The notes under the pieces were generated by a model. The model was given only the letters and a program-made list of their open reading frames with translations. It searched no databases and had not been told where the DNA came from. DNA of 64,000 nucleotides from an uncultured virus (IMG/VR IMGVR_UViG_2061766007_001954) (Duplodnaviria; Heunggongvirae; Uroviricota; Caudoviricetes), in the IMG/VR virus record IMGVR_UViG_2061766007_001954. The stretch is one strand, 5' to 3'. Made by a program: the position numbers and the translations under genes. Positions 49,140-60,049 of this stretch are shown in pieces (position 1 is the first letter of the stretch; each line of letters opens with the position of its first letter).

Positions 49140-50267
49140 ATGCGAAACTATATCGAGAAAAACATTAAACAGCCTGCACAGGACTATGTGAAGGAGACAT
49201 ATGATGCGGCAAGTGCTGCATTTGATGCGGAAACCTTCATCGGAAACAGCGTCCAGGGAAGTATCAACGACCGCACGCATGCGAAGAATTGCTTCATAAT
49301 GGGTGCTGTGGTCTTGAAGGGCAGTGCAAAGATGCTGGAATGTGTCGTGGCAAAGAATGCCAAGGTAATACTCGAAGATGGTGCCATAGCATACAAATGT
49401 ATGTTCGGCGGCTTCTATGAGAACAAGGACGTTCCTGTTGAGATTCATATCGGAAAGAACTCGGTGGTGTCCGAATCCAACATCGTGATGTCTCTGAAGC
49501 TCGGCGATAACAGCGGAATTATCATATCCAGCATTCATTCGAAGCAGCTCGGTCTGTATAAGGAGCATGCTCCTGTCTACACGTTTGGAAAGCAGTCGTT
49601 GCTGGCAAATGCAATGATCTCGTTGAGCAAACCGTGCGTCGAAGAGCAGCCTGCGCGTCAGGCTGAATGCACTTTCGGCAACCGCACCGTCATGGTGAAG
49701 AACCATATGCAGATGCGAGACATCGTTATCAAGTCCGGAGACGATAACACGTTTGGCGCTTACAGGACGATGCTGACAGCCTGTACGCAAGGGCTCAAAT
49801 ATGTCATCAAACCCGCAACAGTCAATCCAGCACATACCAATGCGTGTGACCCGCTTGGGGGAAATCTCAGCAGCTCCAGGCAGAGTCAGATGCTGTCTAC
49901 GAATCTGACAATCGGAAATCGTTGTTATATTGCCAGCTGCCTGCACTTCCATGCAGTCGCCAATGAAAGACAGCGTGCGTCTGTCACAATGGATGACGAG
50001 GTCATCTGTATCTTTGCAGACCGTCTGACAGGTGATCGCTATATCGAGCAATATGGTCCAGGTATCAGCGCAATGTGTGCCAATGTTTCCTTTGCGGAAG
50101 GCAGCACTATCGTTGTGAAGGACTGCGACAATAGCGATGGCGTGACGTATACAAGTCTTACTGTCGGGGAGGGTGCTACTGTCGTGTGGGACAACCGCAG
50201 ACAGGACAACCACACTGCCCTGCCGACTGCGATCAGGATCTCTCCATATGCGACTGCCCGTATTTAA
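49140..50267 (+). CDS. hypothetical protein, probable beta-helix repeats
   Basis: Recurrent IGKNS/LGDNS/FGNRT/IGNRC turns. Confidence 0.6.
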   Translation: MRNYIEKNIKQPAQDYVKETYDAASAAFDAETFIGNSVQGSINDRTHAKNCFIMGAVVLKGSAKMLECVVAKNAKVILEDGAIAYKCMFGGFYENKDVPVEIHIGKNSVVSESNIVMSLKLGDNSGIIISSIHSKQLGLYKEHAPVYTFGKQSLLANAMISLSKPCVEEQPARQAECTFGNRTVMVKNHMQMRDIVIKSGDDNTFGAYRTMLTACTQGLKYVIKPATVNPAHTNACDPLGGNLSSSRQSQMLSTNLTIGNRCYIASCLHFHAVANERQRASVTMDDEVICIFADRLTGDRYIEQYGPGISAMCANVSFAEGSTIVVKDCDNSDGVTYTSLTVGEGATVVWDNRRQDNHTALPTAIRISPYATARI

Positions 50268-50276
50268 GGAGATACA

Positions 50277-50822
50277 ATGTCTGTAACACAACGCTCGCAA
50301 GAGCTTAATACAAAAGTCGAGCCGAGGCCGGCTGGTACTATGACGCAGTCTGGCTTGCTTAAGCTGTCTGATGGCACGCTTATGGCAAGGCACAGCACAG
50401 AGTCAGGTGCACGCGAAGGGGAGGATCTCGACGCAAAGCTTGCTCAAGTTGACGAACAGATGGCACAGCTTGAAGCCATGCGGCAGCAACCGGAAAAGTC
50501 CAAGAAGACAACCCGTAAGAAAGCGACAAAGGTTGTTGAAGAACCGGATGATGTTGTTGACAGTGTTGTCACAGTCGAAGGCTTCGGCGGTATTCCGTCC
50601 CAGTACGACCAGGTATGCATCGGTTACGGATGCGCCATGCTGGGACTCACTACCAGATCATTCATTCCGCAGCAGGCAATGATGGGCCCTGACGGCAAAC
50701 CGACTCAGGTAATTCGCTTGAGTCAGGCGCCTGATCGTCGTTATATTTACACAGGTAACCAGGTCAGAGACAAAAGAGGTGTCACAATCCTCTTCCTGAT
50801 CGAAATACCAGAAGGAGCATAA
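50277..50822 (+). CDS. hypothetical protein
   Basis: AAGGAG RBS. Confidence 0.7.
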   Translation: MSVTQRSQELNTKVEPRPAGTMTQSGLLKLSDGTLMARHSTESGAREGEDLDAKLAQVDEQMAQLEAMRQQPEKSKKTTRKKATKVVEEPDDVVDSVVTVEGFGGIPSQYDQVCIGYGCAMLGLTTRSFIPQQAMMGPDGKPTQVIRLSQAPDRRYIYTGNQVRDKRGVTILFLIEIPEGA

Positions 50823-50975
50823 CATGGACAAAAACTCAGCCGAGCATATTCCTTGCACCTATTGCGAGAAGGATGCGATACCCGATACGTATCCTCCGGT
50901 GTGTGAGGAACACAAGAACATTAAGAAGGCATCTGCGGGTGACGAACCCACCACGCTTAAGGAACTCGGTACGAA

Positions 50976-51947
50976 ATGAGCGAAAATAACGTACTTCTGC
51001 CACAGGTCGCCAGTGCGCTACTCGGCAAGACGCGCAAGTGGCTTCTGCAGATCCACAATCCTGGGCATACGCTATTCTGGTGCAGCAGCGATCCTGATTT
51101 CCGGCTTGGCGTCGGTGATCAGAAGCCGCTGGACTGGATGCTGCAGCATGGAATCGCTAATGCAGGAGAGCGCTTCCGTTGGGCTATCAGCGCTGTAACG
51201 GAGCCTGCTCTCAGTGATGCAGACGCTCATAAGGCGTTGGATCTGATGTTCCCGCTGAAGGATGGACCTGTTGCAAAGGTCTATAATCCCAAGGAAGTTC
51301 TGCAGTGCCTCATGAACTATGCGGAACGCGCTGCAAGAATGATTGGGCTGCATGCCGCCTTCAGAGGTTTTCCGGAAATTCAGCCAAGCCTGCCAGAAGG
51401 TCTTCCTATGCCAGAAGCTGTTCTTGTTGCTCAGCATGGACAGCTGCTTGCAGACGATGAAGTTGAATACAATCCCAAAGTGGAAACTGGCGGTGAGAAG
51501 GACAAGCACTACTGGTATTGCCGGGCACTCTATGAGCTGTTGCCGTACAAATATTATCAGCGTGTTGTCGGAGATCCTGCAGGTGTTATGCACTACGTAA
51601 TGGCAGCTCCTGAAAGCCTCGACGGTGCAAACGCTGTATGGGATTTGGAGATCGCGGCATTTGCAAGCTATGCACCGCATAATCTGAACGACAAGCAGCT
51701 GCTGTATCGTGTACTTGCAACGGATACCAAGGACTATGTCGATGCTATGCTGGATGGTTCTCCGAAGAAGGTGACCCAGTCGCTGATGGAAGCAGGACAC
51801 AAGCTGATTACTCTGTGCAACTATGCCAGACGTCAGCCCTATGCAGAAGTCGACATCCAGAACGAAACCAAGAAGCAGTTGATGCGTGACCATTTTACCG
51901 ATGCACTTGAGCCTATCACTAGATTCGCATTTGGAGACATGGCATAA
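50976..51947 (+). CDS. hypothetical protein
   Basis: 323-aa ORF. Confidence 0.7.
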   Translation: MSENNVLLPQVASALLGKTRKWLLQIHNPGHTLFWCSSDPDFRLGVGDQKPLDWMLQHGIANAGERFRWAISAVTEPALSDADAHKALDLMFPLKDGPVAKVYNPKEVLQCLMNYAERAARMIGLHAAFRGFPEIQPSLPEGLPMPEAVLVAQHGQLLADDEVEYNPKVETGGEKDKHYWYCRALYELLPYKYYQRVVGDPAGVMHYVMAAPESLDGANAVWDLEIAAFASYAPHNLNDKQLLYRVLATDTKDYVDAMLDGSPKKVTQSLMEAGHKLITLCNYARRQPYAEVDIQNETKKQLMRDHFTDALEPITRFAFGDMA

Positions 51948-52040
51948 TGACAATCATCGGTTTTATTGGAGGCGTTTTCATCGGGCTTATTTTCTGGAGT
52001 TTTGTTGCAGGTATCATCGCAATCTTTACGAGGTAATCCT

Positions 52041-53081
52041 ATGGAAGTAATTCCGCAATCAGCAAAACTTATCACAGGTCTTCGTCCTCTGGAGCTTGTG
52101 GAGTTGTCTGCAAGGATTTGCTACGCAAGCACCGATAAGATCAAACCCGGTTCTGCAAAGCAATTTGTAGCCAACCTGGTATCAAGAGGGCACTTCACTC
52201 CTTTGGAGCATGCATATCTGCACATCTATCCAGACAGGGTTCAGGATGCAGCCATGAAGACATATCTCACAGGGCTGTACAATGCAGCAGCGGCTGGTGA
52301 CTATCCGTTTGCGAACAGAAGGTTGACACGTGGAGCCTTCTATCGTGGAGAGGACAGCAACGGTCGTTATGTTGCAGGCAATCTTCGTGATGTCTATATG
52401 TATCTGGGTGTGCATGATCCGTCTCTGGATCTCTATGAAACGGATGTTGTGCAGCTCGCTTCGGATTATGCTGTCTTCGAGATTGTCACAGATCGGGGCA
52501 TTGCCACAGAGTTCTTTCGCCATCGTACCATGTCTTATGACGACAGCGGTTATGAGAACGGCTATATCAGCTATTCTGTGGAATATGTTCCGGAACTTGC
52601 AGTCAATCAGCAGTCTACCAGATACGTTAATTTTACAACGCATCCTGGAGCTTTGATTCTTCCGGAGCCTTTCAAGTATGCATATGATCCGGCTTCTGCA
52701 GAATACCAGACATGGTACAATACCTGTGCAGCAGCGTTCGATGACTATAAACTTCTGAGAGAACACAATATTGCTCCAGAAGCAGCAAGAGATGTTCTCC
52801 CACTCAGTACAGCGACAACCGTGGTCCTCAGCGGATCGGTTCTCAATTGGCTGTATCTGCTGAATCTCAGAATCCCGAAAGGAGCGCATCCGAGAGCCAG
52901 AATGCTCGCTAGTGCTATTTGGGACATCCTGAAGGAACAGTTTGGGCAGTATGTCGTGAGCTACATTAAGGACGGTAAACTTGATGGGTCGTATGAAATT
53001 TGTGACTTCGACAAATGGAACACCGACATCAAGGAGTTGGCACTCAATAACAAGAAGGCTGCTAAAGGCCGGACACAATAA
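52041..53081 (+). CDS. thyX: flavin-dependent thymidylate synthase
   Basis: GHFTPLEH, RGIATEFFRHR, QQSTRYV, PEAARDVLP. Confidence 0.88.
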   Translation: MEVIPQSAKLITGLRPLELVELSARICYASTDKIKPGSAKQFVANLVSRGHFTPLEHAYLHIYPDRVQDAAMKTYLTGLYNAAAAGDYPFANRRLTRGAFYRGEDSNGRYVAGNLRDVYMYLGVHDPSLDLYETDVVQLASDYAVFEIVTDRGIATEFFRHRTMSYDDSGYENGYISYSVEYVPELAVNQQSTRYVNFTTHPGALILPEPFKYAYDPASAEYQTWYNTCAAAFDDYKLLREHNIAPEAARDVLPLSTATTVVLSGSVLNWLYLLNLRIPKGAHPRARMLASAIWDILKEQFGQYVVSYIKDGKLDGSYEICDFDKWNTDIKELALNNKKAAKGRTQ

Positions 53082-53304
53082 GGAGAAGAGTTATGGCTAT
53101 GGACGAGGACTACGGTTTCAATCGAGAATCTATGGGTTCCAGAGAACGCCGCAAGAAAGAACAGCTGAAGCTCGAGGAGCTCGACGCGATCGTCAAACAG
53201 CTCCAGCAACAAGTCGAGCAGCTGAAGATCGATCAGGCGATGCTGGAACTCAAGGTGCAACAGAACAGCTAAATTCAATCTTACACCGACAGTATAGGAT
53301 TTAT

Positions 53305-53331
53305 GGGCGGCAGTAATGTCGCCCTTTCTTT
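53305..53331 (+). terminator. intrinsic terminator
   Basis: GGGCGGCA-GTAA-TGTCGCCC-TTTCTTT. Confidence 0.7.
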
Positions 53332-53334
53332 GTC

Positions 53335-53904
53335 ATGAAACAGGTACAATTACCAGATAGCTGCTGTGACATCATTCGCAGCCTGTGTTCCACCAAAGCA
53401 GAGATGCATAGGGTATTTGGCATCGATAATAACATAGCCGGTGCCATACTATCCTTCCAACCTGTAATGGTAACTCCGCAGAGAGCAGACCTGATCCAAT
53501 CAATATGCATGAATGAGCTGAAATATGCAATTCCGGCTCGAGTCAATGCCATTATGAAAGATCCGAAAAGGGCTGGATTATTCGCTCTCTGGGTAAATAC
53601 AGCTGCCCGCATGATGGATAGCTTTAGAAATGTGCAAGAGGCTGGGATTCATGAAACTTTCATGACAGGATGTGATGCTTTATTGTCGAGCCTTGTACAT
53701 ATGACTGCGAGTATGTATGAGGTGGAGCCGCTTCTTGAGCATTTACATAGATATTGTCCACAGTTTGACCAGCTGTTTTTCCATGGGACCCGGTTCCTGG
53801 AAAGGCAGTCTGAAAGTGCGGAAATGCTACCAGACCGGGTCCTTTCGTCTGTAGATGTCTTGGCATTGAGTCCTGAAGATGCCGAGACTTATTCGCAACT
53901 TTAA
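53335..53904 (+). CDS. hypothetical protein
   Basis: 189-aa ORF. Confidence 0.6.
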   Translation: MKQVQLPDSCCDIIRSLCSTKAEMHRVFGIDNNIAGAILSFQPVMVTPQRADLIQSICMNELKYAIPARVNAIMKDPKRAGLFALWVNTAARMMDSFRNVQEAGIHETFMTGCDALLSSLVHMTASMYEVEPLLEHLHRYCPQFDQLFFHGTRFLERQSESAEMLPDRVLSSVDVLALSPEDAETYSQL

Positions 53905-53913
53905 GGAGTTAAT

Positions 53914-56900
53914 ATGCAAATAATTAAACGTGATGGCTCGAAAGTCGACTTTGACCGAAACAAGATCACTGTAGCCATCAAGAAAGCCCTGGAAGCCTGC
54001 GATATGGCAAGCGATACCATAGCTCTGAGTGTGACAGAGGATGTGGTACAGGCTATAGGGGACGTCGAAGAAATAGACCAGGAACGTGTCCAAGACCTGG
54101 TCGAAGATGCCTTGATGAAAAGAGGCATGCTGAAAGTAGCGAAGGCTTATATTAAGTATCGCTATAGACACGCAATGGTGAGAGATCATCATATGGAATT
54201 GGTTAACGGAGTGCTCGATAAGCTATCCGCTAAACATGTTGTAAACCAGAATGCCAATATCGATGAAGCATCATTTGGTGGCAGGATGGGAGAGGCAAAC
54301 ACGTTTGTTCTTAAAACGCTTGCCATGGACTTCAAAATGTCCGATAAGACAAAGAACAATTATGTGCAAAACATTGTATATCAACATGATGCGGAACATT
54401 GGGCTACCGGCGAGCATAATTGCCTTACCCTTCCTTTGGATAAGCTTTTGGAGAAAGGCTTCCTACTCAGACAGGGCGACATCAGACCACCCCAGTCCAT
54501 CAGTACAGCGTTGCAGCAGCTGGTAGTCATCATGCAGCTGCAGTCTACGCAGATGTATGGTGGAGTAGCCGCCATGGCTGATTTCGCGTTGGTTCCTTAT
54601 GTGCGTAAGTCCTTCAAGAAGCACTATTTGAAAAGAGCTTTCGAAGAGTACATGCATGACCGCATACTTATGGACAAAGAACCGACTGGAGATATGAAGG
54701 ATGCTCTGTGGAAGTTCCCAACTAAGGCAAGCTGGTATGCTCTAGATGATGAACATCTGGATTTCGTGGAGAAAGCATTCAATAAATGGTATATGGAAGT
54801 TATGGGTCTTGATGACGCTGACTTCTGCTTTGCCTGCACGAAGCTTGATGCCTCTATGAAATCTGCAGCTATGCAGGATACAAGAAAAGAGACGTTACAA
54901 GCCGTCGAGGGTCTATACCATAACTTAGTTTCAATCCAGGCGCGTTCAGGAGCAGCTCTTCCTTTTTCCAGTCTGAACTATGGATGCTGCACAGAGCCAG
55001 AAGGCCGCCTTGTAACTGAGTGCATTATCCTCGGATGCATGCGTGGTATTGGCAAACATCATTCAACTGCTATCTTCCCCTGTGGGATCTTCATCAGTAA
55101 GGCTGGTGTGAATCGTCATCCTGGTGAGCCAAACTACGATCTGTTCCAACTGGCGCTTGCATCTACTGCTAAACGCCTGTATCCCAACTATGCGAATGCC
55201 AATTGGACAAATCAACATAGTTGGGTTAAGGCTGACAGAGAGAAAAAGGCGCAGATCCTCGAGTCACTGACAGAGACGGAATATGCCCAGTTGAAAGATC
55301 GCGTTGCTGCAAATCCAGCAGTGGCCGATAAACTTATGCTGCTTATCAAGGACGACAAACTGATCGTAGATGAAACGGAACGTCCCTTCGAGTATATGAG
55401 CAGTATGGGCTGTGTTTCTGGTGATTCTATCATCGACTACAAAATAGGAGAGCGGCGTTTTGTTGAGTCTTTCCAACGTGCCTGGAACAGGCTTGCTGGT
55501 ATGTATGAAATAAAGACGCAGCCAAATGGCAGAGACCTGTATATTGATACACCGGATGTTAGCGTCTACGATTGTGTCGTACAGAAGTATGTCAAACAAT
55601 ATCGAATCATCAGAAACAGATCTCGGCAGTGGTTGACTGTTGATTTTTCAGGCGGAAGGACGCTTGATGTTACACCTGATCATCCATTTGAGGTTCTTGA
55701 GAAGGGTGTGGTTATGGCCCGAGATCTGGTTATCGGTGATGTTATTCACAGAGATGTGAATAATAATAGACAGCCGGAAGCACCAGACTTTGACAGGAAA
55801 ATGTGGCTAGAGGGTCTTGTTCTGTGTGATGCAAGCATTGCGGGCTCTTTGAATCTGGCCCTTGGGCTTGATGAAACAGATCTGCTAGATGAAGCAGAGA
55901 GAGGTTTTAACGACCTTGGTTATGAGTGCACAAGACGCGAACAGCATCGTGGAAGTAAAGGCGACTATGCCGAGCTTTATGTAAAGATGTCACGCCAGCT
56001 TTGTTGTACCTATATGAATGCGTTCGAAGGAAATATAAAGCTGGAACGCAAGATACCAACTGCTATCTTCAATGCATCACGCTCGCAAAAACTGTCATTC
56101 ATGGCTGGTATGATAGATGCAGACGGTTATGTAAATGATTATGGCAACACTATACGTGTGCAAATAGGTTCAACAAACAGAGAGCTTGCCATGGGTCAGA
56201 TGATACTTGCCAAAGATATAGGATTAAATGCTGTTATGTATCGTAACAGATATAACTCAGCAGATCCTTCAAAAATTCGTTGGCGCATAGAGTTCCCTGC
56301 ATCTTATGAGCTGTTCTCATACCTGGTATCCGGCAAGAAGCGTGCACATCTACACGAAGAGCACAAGTTTGTGTCCTGGGCTGTCATAGACGCAGACACC
56401 TGCAGCGTGACGCAAATTACGCCGTATGAGAAAGGCGACTACAGTTATGATGTTACTACAGAGTCTGATCATTTCACTGTAAATGGCGTCTATTCTCACA
56501 ACTGCCGTACAGTGAATGGCTACGACATAAACTCTGATATTAGCTATAAGCAGGCTATACATGAAGTGATTGAAACAGGTGATACAACCGTGGATCTTCT
56601 TTCTGGTGCACAGAAGACAGGTCGTGGTAATATTGCCCCTGTTACGATCATTCTTCCAGAGCTTGCTATGATGGCTAACAGAGATGTCGAGACATTTATG
56701 CAGCTTCTTGAGATTACTATTCAGGAGGCAGCTGATTCGCTAATTGAGCGTTATGCGATTGTTAAGTCTCAGCCACCGTCAGCAGCACCTTTTCAGTACG
56801 GTAATCACACAATGGCTGGCTACATAGAAGGAGAAGGTATTGATACCGCTATCCGACATGGAACCTTCGCTATTGGTCAACTGGGTGTGGCAGAAACGCT

Positions 56901-57504
56901 GCAGTTGCTTATCGGCACAGATCAGACAACACCAGAAGGCCTAGAACTCGCCAGGCGTATCGAACAGCTGTACAAGGACAAGATCAATGCGCTTCGTGTC
57001 AAGTACAAAATCAATTTTGGGGTCTACGCCTCTCCGGCCGAGAATTTAGCATATACAGCGCTTAAGAAGTTCCAAGCTAAGTATGGCAAGATTCCAAATG
57101 TCTCTGACAAGGAGTTCTTTACTAACTCGATGCACGTGCCTGTCTGGCGCAAAATGTCACCTTTTGACAAGATTGACATCGAGTCTCAGCTGACCGGTTA
57201 TTTCACTGCCGGAATAATCACCTATGTGGAGCTTGACTCAAGTGTGCGCCATAATTTGGAAGCACTTGAGAAGCTTGTGCTCTATGCTATGGACCGCGAT
57301 ATTCCTTATTTTGCAATCAACACACCGAATGATCAGTGTCAGGATTGCGGATATGAGGGAGATCTCCCTGGTCCCTGCATTAAATGCGGGTCTTCTAATA
57401 TAAAAAGACTGCGCAGGATCACAGGATATTTGAGCTCGGATTATCATCATTTCAATCTCGGTAAGCAAGACGAAGTCGAGCATCGAGTTAAACACATAGG
57501 GTAA
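53914..57504 (+). CDS. nrdD: anaerobic (class III) ribonucleotide reductase with ATP cone and intein
   Basis: IIKRDG ATP cone, HNC, MG|CR, CQDC/CIKC, RITGYL glycyl-radical loop. Confidence 0.95.
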   Translation: MQIIKRDGSKVDFDRNKITVAIKKALEACDMASDTIALSVTEDVVQAIGDVEEIDQERVQDLVEDALMKRGMLKVAKAYIKYRYRHAMVRDHHMELVNGVLDKLSAKHVVNQNANIDEASFGGRMGEANTFVLKTLAMDFKMSDKTKNNYVQNIVYQHDAEHWATGEHNCLTLPLDKLLEKGFLLRQGDIRPPQSISTALQQLVVIMQLQSTQMYGGVAAMADFALVPYVRKSFKKHYLKRAFEEYMHDRILMDKEPTGDMKDALWKFPTKASWYALDDEHLDFVEKAFNKWYMEVMGLDDADFCFACTKLDASMKSAAMQDTRKETLQAVEGLYHNLVSIQARSGAALPFSSLNYGCCTEPEGRLVTECIILGCMRGIGKHHSTAIFPCGIFISKAGVNRHPGEPNYDLFQLALASTAKRLYPNYANANWTNQHSWVKADREKKAQILESLTETEYAQLKDRVAANPAVADKLMLLIKDDKLIVDETERPFEYMSSMGCVSGDSIIDYKIGERRFVESFQRAWNRLAGMYEIKTQPNGRDLYIDTPDVSVYDCVVQKYVKQYRIIRNRSRQWLTVDFSGGRTLDVTPDHPFEVLEKGVVMARDLVIGDVIHRDVNNNRQPEAPDFDRKMWLEGLVLCDASIAGSLNLALGLDETDLLDEAERGFNDLGYECTRREQHRGSKGDYAELYVKMSRQLCCTYMNAFEGNIKLERKIPTAIFNASRSQKLSFMAGMIDADGYVNDYGNTIRVQIGSTNRELAMGQMILAKDIGLNAVMYRNRYNSADPSKIRWRIEFPASYELFSYLVSGKKRAHLHEEHKFVSWAVIDADTCSVTQITPYEKGDYSYDVTTESDHFTVNGVYSHNCRTVNGYDINSDISYKQAIHEVIETGDTTVDLLSGAQKTGRGNIAPVTIILPELAMMANRDVETFMQLLEITIQEAADSLIERYAIVKSQPPSAAPFQYGNHTMAGYIEGEGIDTAIRHGTFAIGQLGVAETLQLLIGTDQTTPEGLELARRIEQLYKDKINALRVKYKINFGVYASPAENLAYTALKKFQAKYGKIPNVSDKEFFTNSMHVPVWRKMSPFDKIDIESQLTGYFTAGIITYVELDSSVRHNLEALEKLVLYAMDRDIPYFAINTPNDQCQDCGYEGDLPGPCIKCGSSNIKRLRRITGYLSSDYHHFNLGKQDEVEHRVKHIG
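55411..56502 (+). mobile_element. intein (364 aa) with in-frame LAGLIDADG endonuclease
   Basis: CVSGDS..VTPDHP..EGLVLCDA..AGMIDADG..YDVTT..VYSHN|C. Confidence 0.93.
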
Positions 57505-57509
57505 CACAA

Positions 57510-58013
57510 ATGAATTACGCACGCATCTATAAAGCTGATATGATAAATGGCAAGGGAGTACGAGTGACTCTTTTTGTCTCTGGTTGCTCTCATCATTGTC
57601 CAGGCTGTTTTAACCAGAAAGCATGGAACGAGGACTACGGGAAACCGTACACTCAAGAGGTTGAGGACCAGATAATTGAGTATTTGAAAGTTCCATATGT
57701 AGATGGATTGACTTTCCTGGGCGGTGAGCCTATGGAACCAAATCATCAGGAATATGTGTGGAAGCTTATAGATAGGGTGCGTAAGGAATTGCCAGATAAA
57801 AACATCTGGCTTTATTCCGGAAGTACGCTGGAACAGCTGAGAGCTATGGACACGCCTTATGTGAAAAAGATCCTTAGTAATGTCGATGTACTGGTTGATG
57901 GAATATTTGTGCAAGATCTGCGCGATCCTGATCTGCCTTTCCGTGGCAGTTCCAACCAACGTGTCATTGATATGCGAAGGACCGGTGACGGAGACCCCGT
58001 CACTATGTTCTAA
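57510..58013 (+). CDS. nrdG: anaerobic RNR activating enzyme
   Basis: GCSHHCPGC, LGGEP, FRGSSNQR. Confidence 0.95.
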   Translation: MNYARIYKADMINGKGVRVTLFVSGCSHHCPGCFNQKAWNEDYGKPYTQEVEDQIIEYLKVPYVDGLTFLGGEPMEPNHQEYVWKLIDRVRKELPDKNIWLYSGSTLEQLRAMDTPYVKKILSNVDVLVDGIFVQDLRDPDLPFRGSSNQRVIDMRRTGDGDPVTMF

Positions 58014-58038
58014 TAGTTCTCAATTGTTCGTAATTCTT

Positions 58039-58070
58039 GCCCCGTCAGGCTCTGCTTGGCGGGGCTTTTT
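58039..58070 (+). terminator. intrinsic terminator
   Basis: GCCCCGTCAG..TTGGCGGGGC-TTTTT. Confidence 0.8.
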
Positions 58071-58102
58071 CGTTTAATAGCTATTAACAAGGAGAAATAA
58101 AA

Positions 58103-58756
58103 ATGGCTACTTACACCTGTAATGCCTGTGGTCTAGCTGAGTGCACCATTGGTATTAGTAGAGACGAGGTTGAATCAGCTAAATTGATTCATACTGCTAC
58201 ATGTCCAGTTTATGGAGATTCTATTATTGCTGGATTTACTTTGGATAAACCAGAGCAGTATCATATGAAAGCAGACGGTTATCCAGTTCGCTACAAAGAT
58301 GAGGCTGGGCGGCCTAATCGTTGCCTGGTCTGTGACATGGAATGCCCGACACCAGAGCTCGATTGTCTGGATTGTGAGACATTTGAGAAAGATGTCGGTA
58401 CATACACAGTCAAGAAAATGCGGGCCATCAGAGAAAATCCAACGAAGTATGTTCCAGGCATGACGCTAGAGGAGGAAGATAAAGAGAAAGAAATCTTCCA
58501 GGACGACGAAGAGGATGAAAGCTGCGCTGAAAATGACATTTACGAACCAGTGAAGATCAATGATGTGTGGCGGTGTCCACTAACTGGTGATCATTTGTGT
58601 GATCATCAGGCAATAGCAGAGGCGCGTAATTGTGATAAATGCGAACATGTCCTGGATTATGGTCCAGCAGATACTTTTACAGCAGCACAATCTGCTATCT
58701 ACGAAGAAATGAAGAAGGCAGCAAATGTCGAAACCAATCCAAATACCAACGCCTAA
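58103..58756 (+). CDS. Cys-rich hypothetical protein
   Basis: Several CxxC pairs; AAGGAG RBS. Confidence 0.7.
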   Translation: MATYTCNACGLAECTIGISRDEVESAKLIHTATCPVYGDSIIAGFTLDKPEQYHMKADGYPVRYKDEAGRPNRCLVCDMECPTPELDCLDCETFEKDVGTYTVKKMRAIRENPTKYVPGMTLEEEDKEKEIFQDDEEDESCAENDIYEPVKINDVWRCPLTGDHLCDHQAIAEARNCDKCEHVLDYGPADTFTAAQSAIYEEMKKAANVETNPNTNA

Positions 58757-58862
58757 ATACAACCAGGATGACTATGTCTGGTATGTAAAGGACGAGGAGA
58801 GCCTCTTTAAGCGTGCATATGTATGCGGCTGAAAGATTGTCACTTGGAGTCATGGTCACAGT

Positions 58863-59117
58863 ATGATCTACTACACCGTGGAATACTATGATCCAGACAA
58901 TGAAGAGTGCGAATATGACAACTACGTAACTGACTACGAGGTTGCCGAGAATAGGCTCTATGATAACGAGCTGGATGCACTGCGCAAACAGCTGGAACTT
59001 TGGAGCTCTGAACACACCAGACAGCAGAGCACACTGGAATCGTTAGACAGGATTCGTGCAAATATCATGAAGCGAATTCTGGAACTTGAGCAGGCAGAGA
59101 ATGGGAGTGACAAATGA
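58863..59117 (+). CDS. hypothetical protein, possibly starting at 58725 across an in-frame TGA
   Basis: The same frame is open from 58725 except for TGA at 58830. Confidence 0.5.
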   Translation: MIYYTVEYYDPDNEECEYDNYVTDYEVAENRLYDNELDALRKQLELWSSEHTRQQSTLESLDRIRANIMKRILELEQAENGSDK

Positions 59118-59686
59118 TAGATAAAAAGAAATGGACCCCATGGAAGCTGCTCATACATGTACAGCTCAGAAGCTATGATCCAAATCTGGAGGAGTCGGTC
59201 AGAGAAGCGGCGGAGTTACTGTCTTTTATCCATAAAGCCAGTTCATCAGTCAGACGCACAAGAACAAGTATAGATTTATGCTATAGTTGTATATGGCCGG
59301 ATTTCAAGGCATTGCATTTGCTGGTTCAGCGGATCAAGGGCAGATTTGATAATCTTGCTGAGTTTGATCTGTGCATATACCGTGATGGCCGTACAAGGCG
59401 TCTCATATGGGAACATAATAACTATATGGGCATCTACGATACTACTTTGGCGCTACACGTTTCAACCGCTTCAGCAGCACAATATAGAAGCACACTTCTT
59501 GCTGCATGGGAAACCGAAGACCATGTGGCTAAGGCAAGATCTATGTGGATAGACAAAGAACTTCATCAATATCCGAGCCGACCAAGAAGATATGGTTTCT
59601 GTTATGACGGTTACGATCCAGATTACAGCCCCGAGGACATGGATCCATATATTCTGGAGGCCGGTCCATTCGATGCGGGCTGGTAA
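59114..59686 (+). CDS. hypothetical protein
   Basis: Coupled ORF. Confidence 0.6.
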   Translation: MIDKKKWTPWKLLIHVQLRSYDPNLEESVREAAELLSFIHKASSSVRRTRTSIDLCYSCIWPDFKALHLLVQRIKGRFDNLAEFDLCIYRDGRTRRLIWEHNNYMGIYDTTLALHVSTASAAQYRSTLLAAWETEDHVAKARSMWIDKELHQYPSRPRRYGFCYDGYDPDYSPEDMDPYILEAGPFDAGW

Positions 59687-59707
59687 ACTTAACACAAAGG
59701 AGTCCAA

Positions 59708-60049
59708 ATGATCTACGCAATCGATTTTGATGGCACGATCGTAGAGAACAAGTTCCCTGGCATAGGTGCCATTAATCCAGAAGCTGAGCAGTTCATCAGA
59801 GATCTGAAAGCAAATGGAGACAAATGGATTCTGTATACTATGCGTGAGGGTAAACTGCTTGATGAAGCTGTTGCTTTTCTGACGGACCTCGGTATTGCTC
59901 CAGATGCTGCTAACGACAATCTGCCTGAACTGTGCGAAGCTTTCAAGAACAATCCACGCAAGGTGTTCGCCAATGTTTACATCGATGATCACAATGCCGG
60001 TGGGTTGCGTTTTGAAACAGCACACAAAACACAAGGAGGCACCAAATGA
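59708..60049 (+). CDS. small HAD-superfamily hydrolase
   Basis: IYAIDFDGTIV, LYTMR, RKVFANVYIDD. Confidence 0.85.
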   Translation: MIYAIDFDGTIVENKFPGIGAINPEAEQFIRDLKANGDKWILYTMREGKLLDEAVAFLTDLGIAPDAANDNLPELCEAFKNNPRKVFANVYIDDHNAGGLRFETAHKTQGGTK

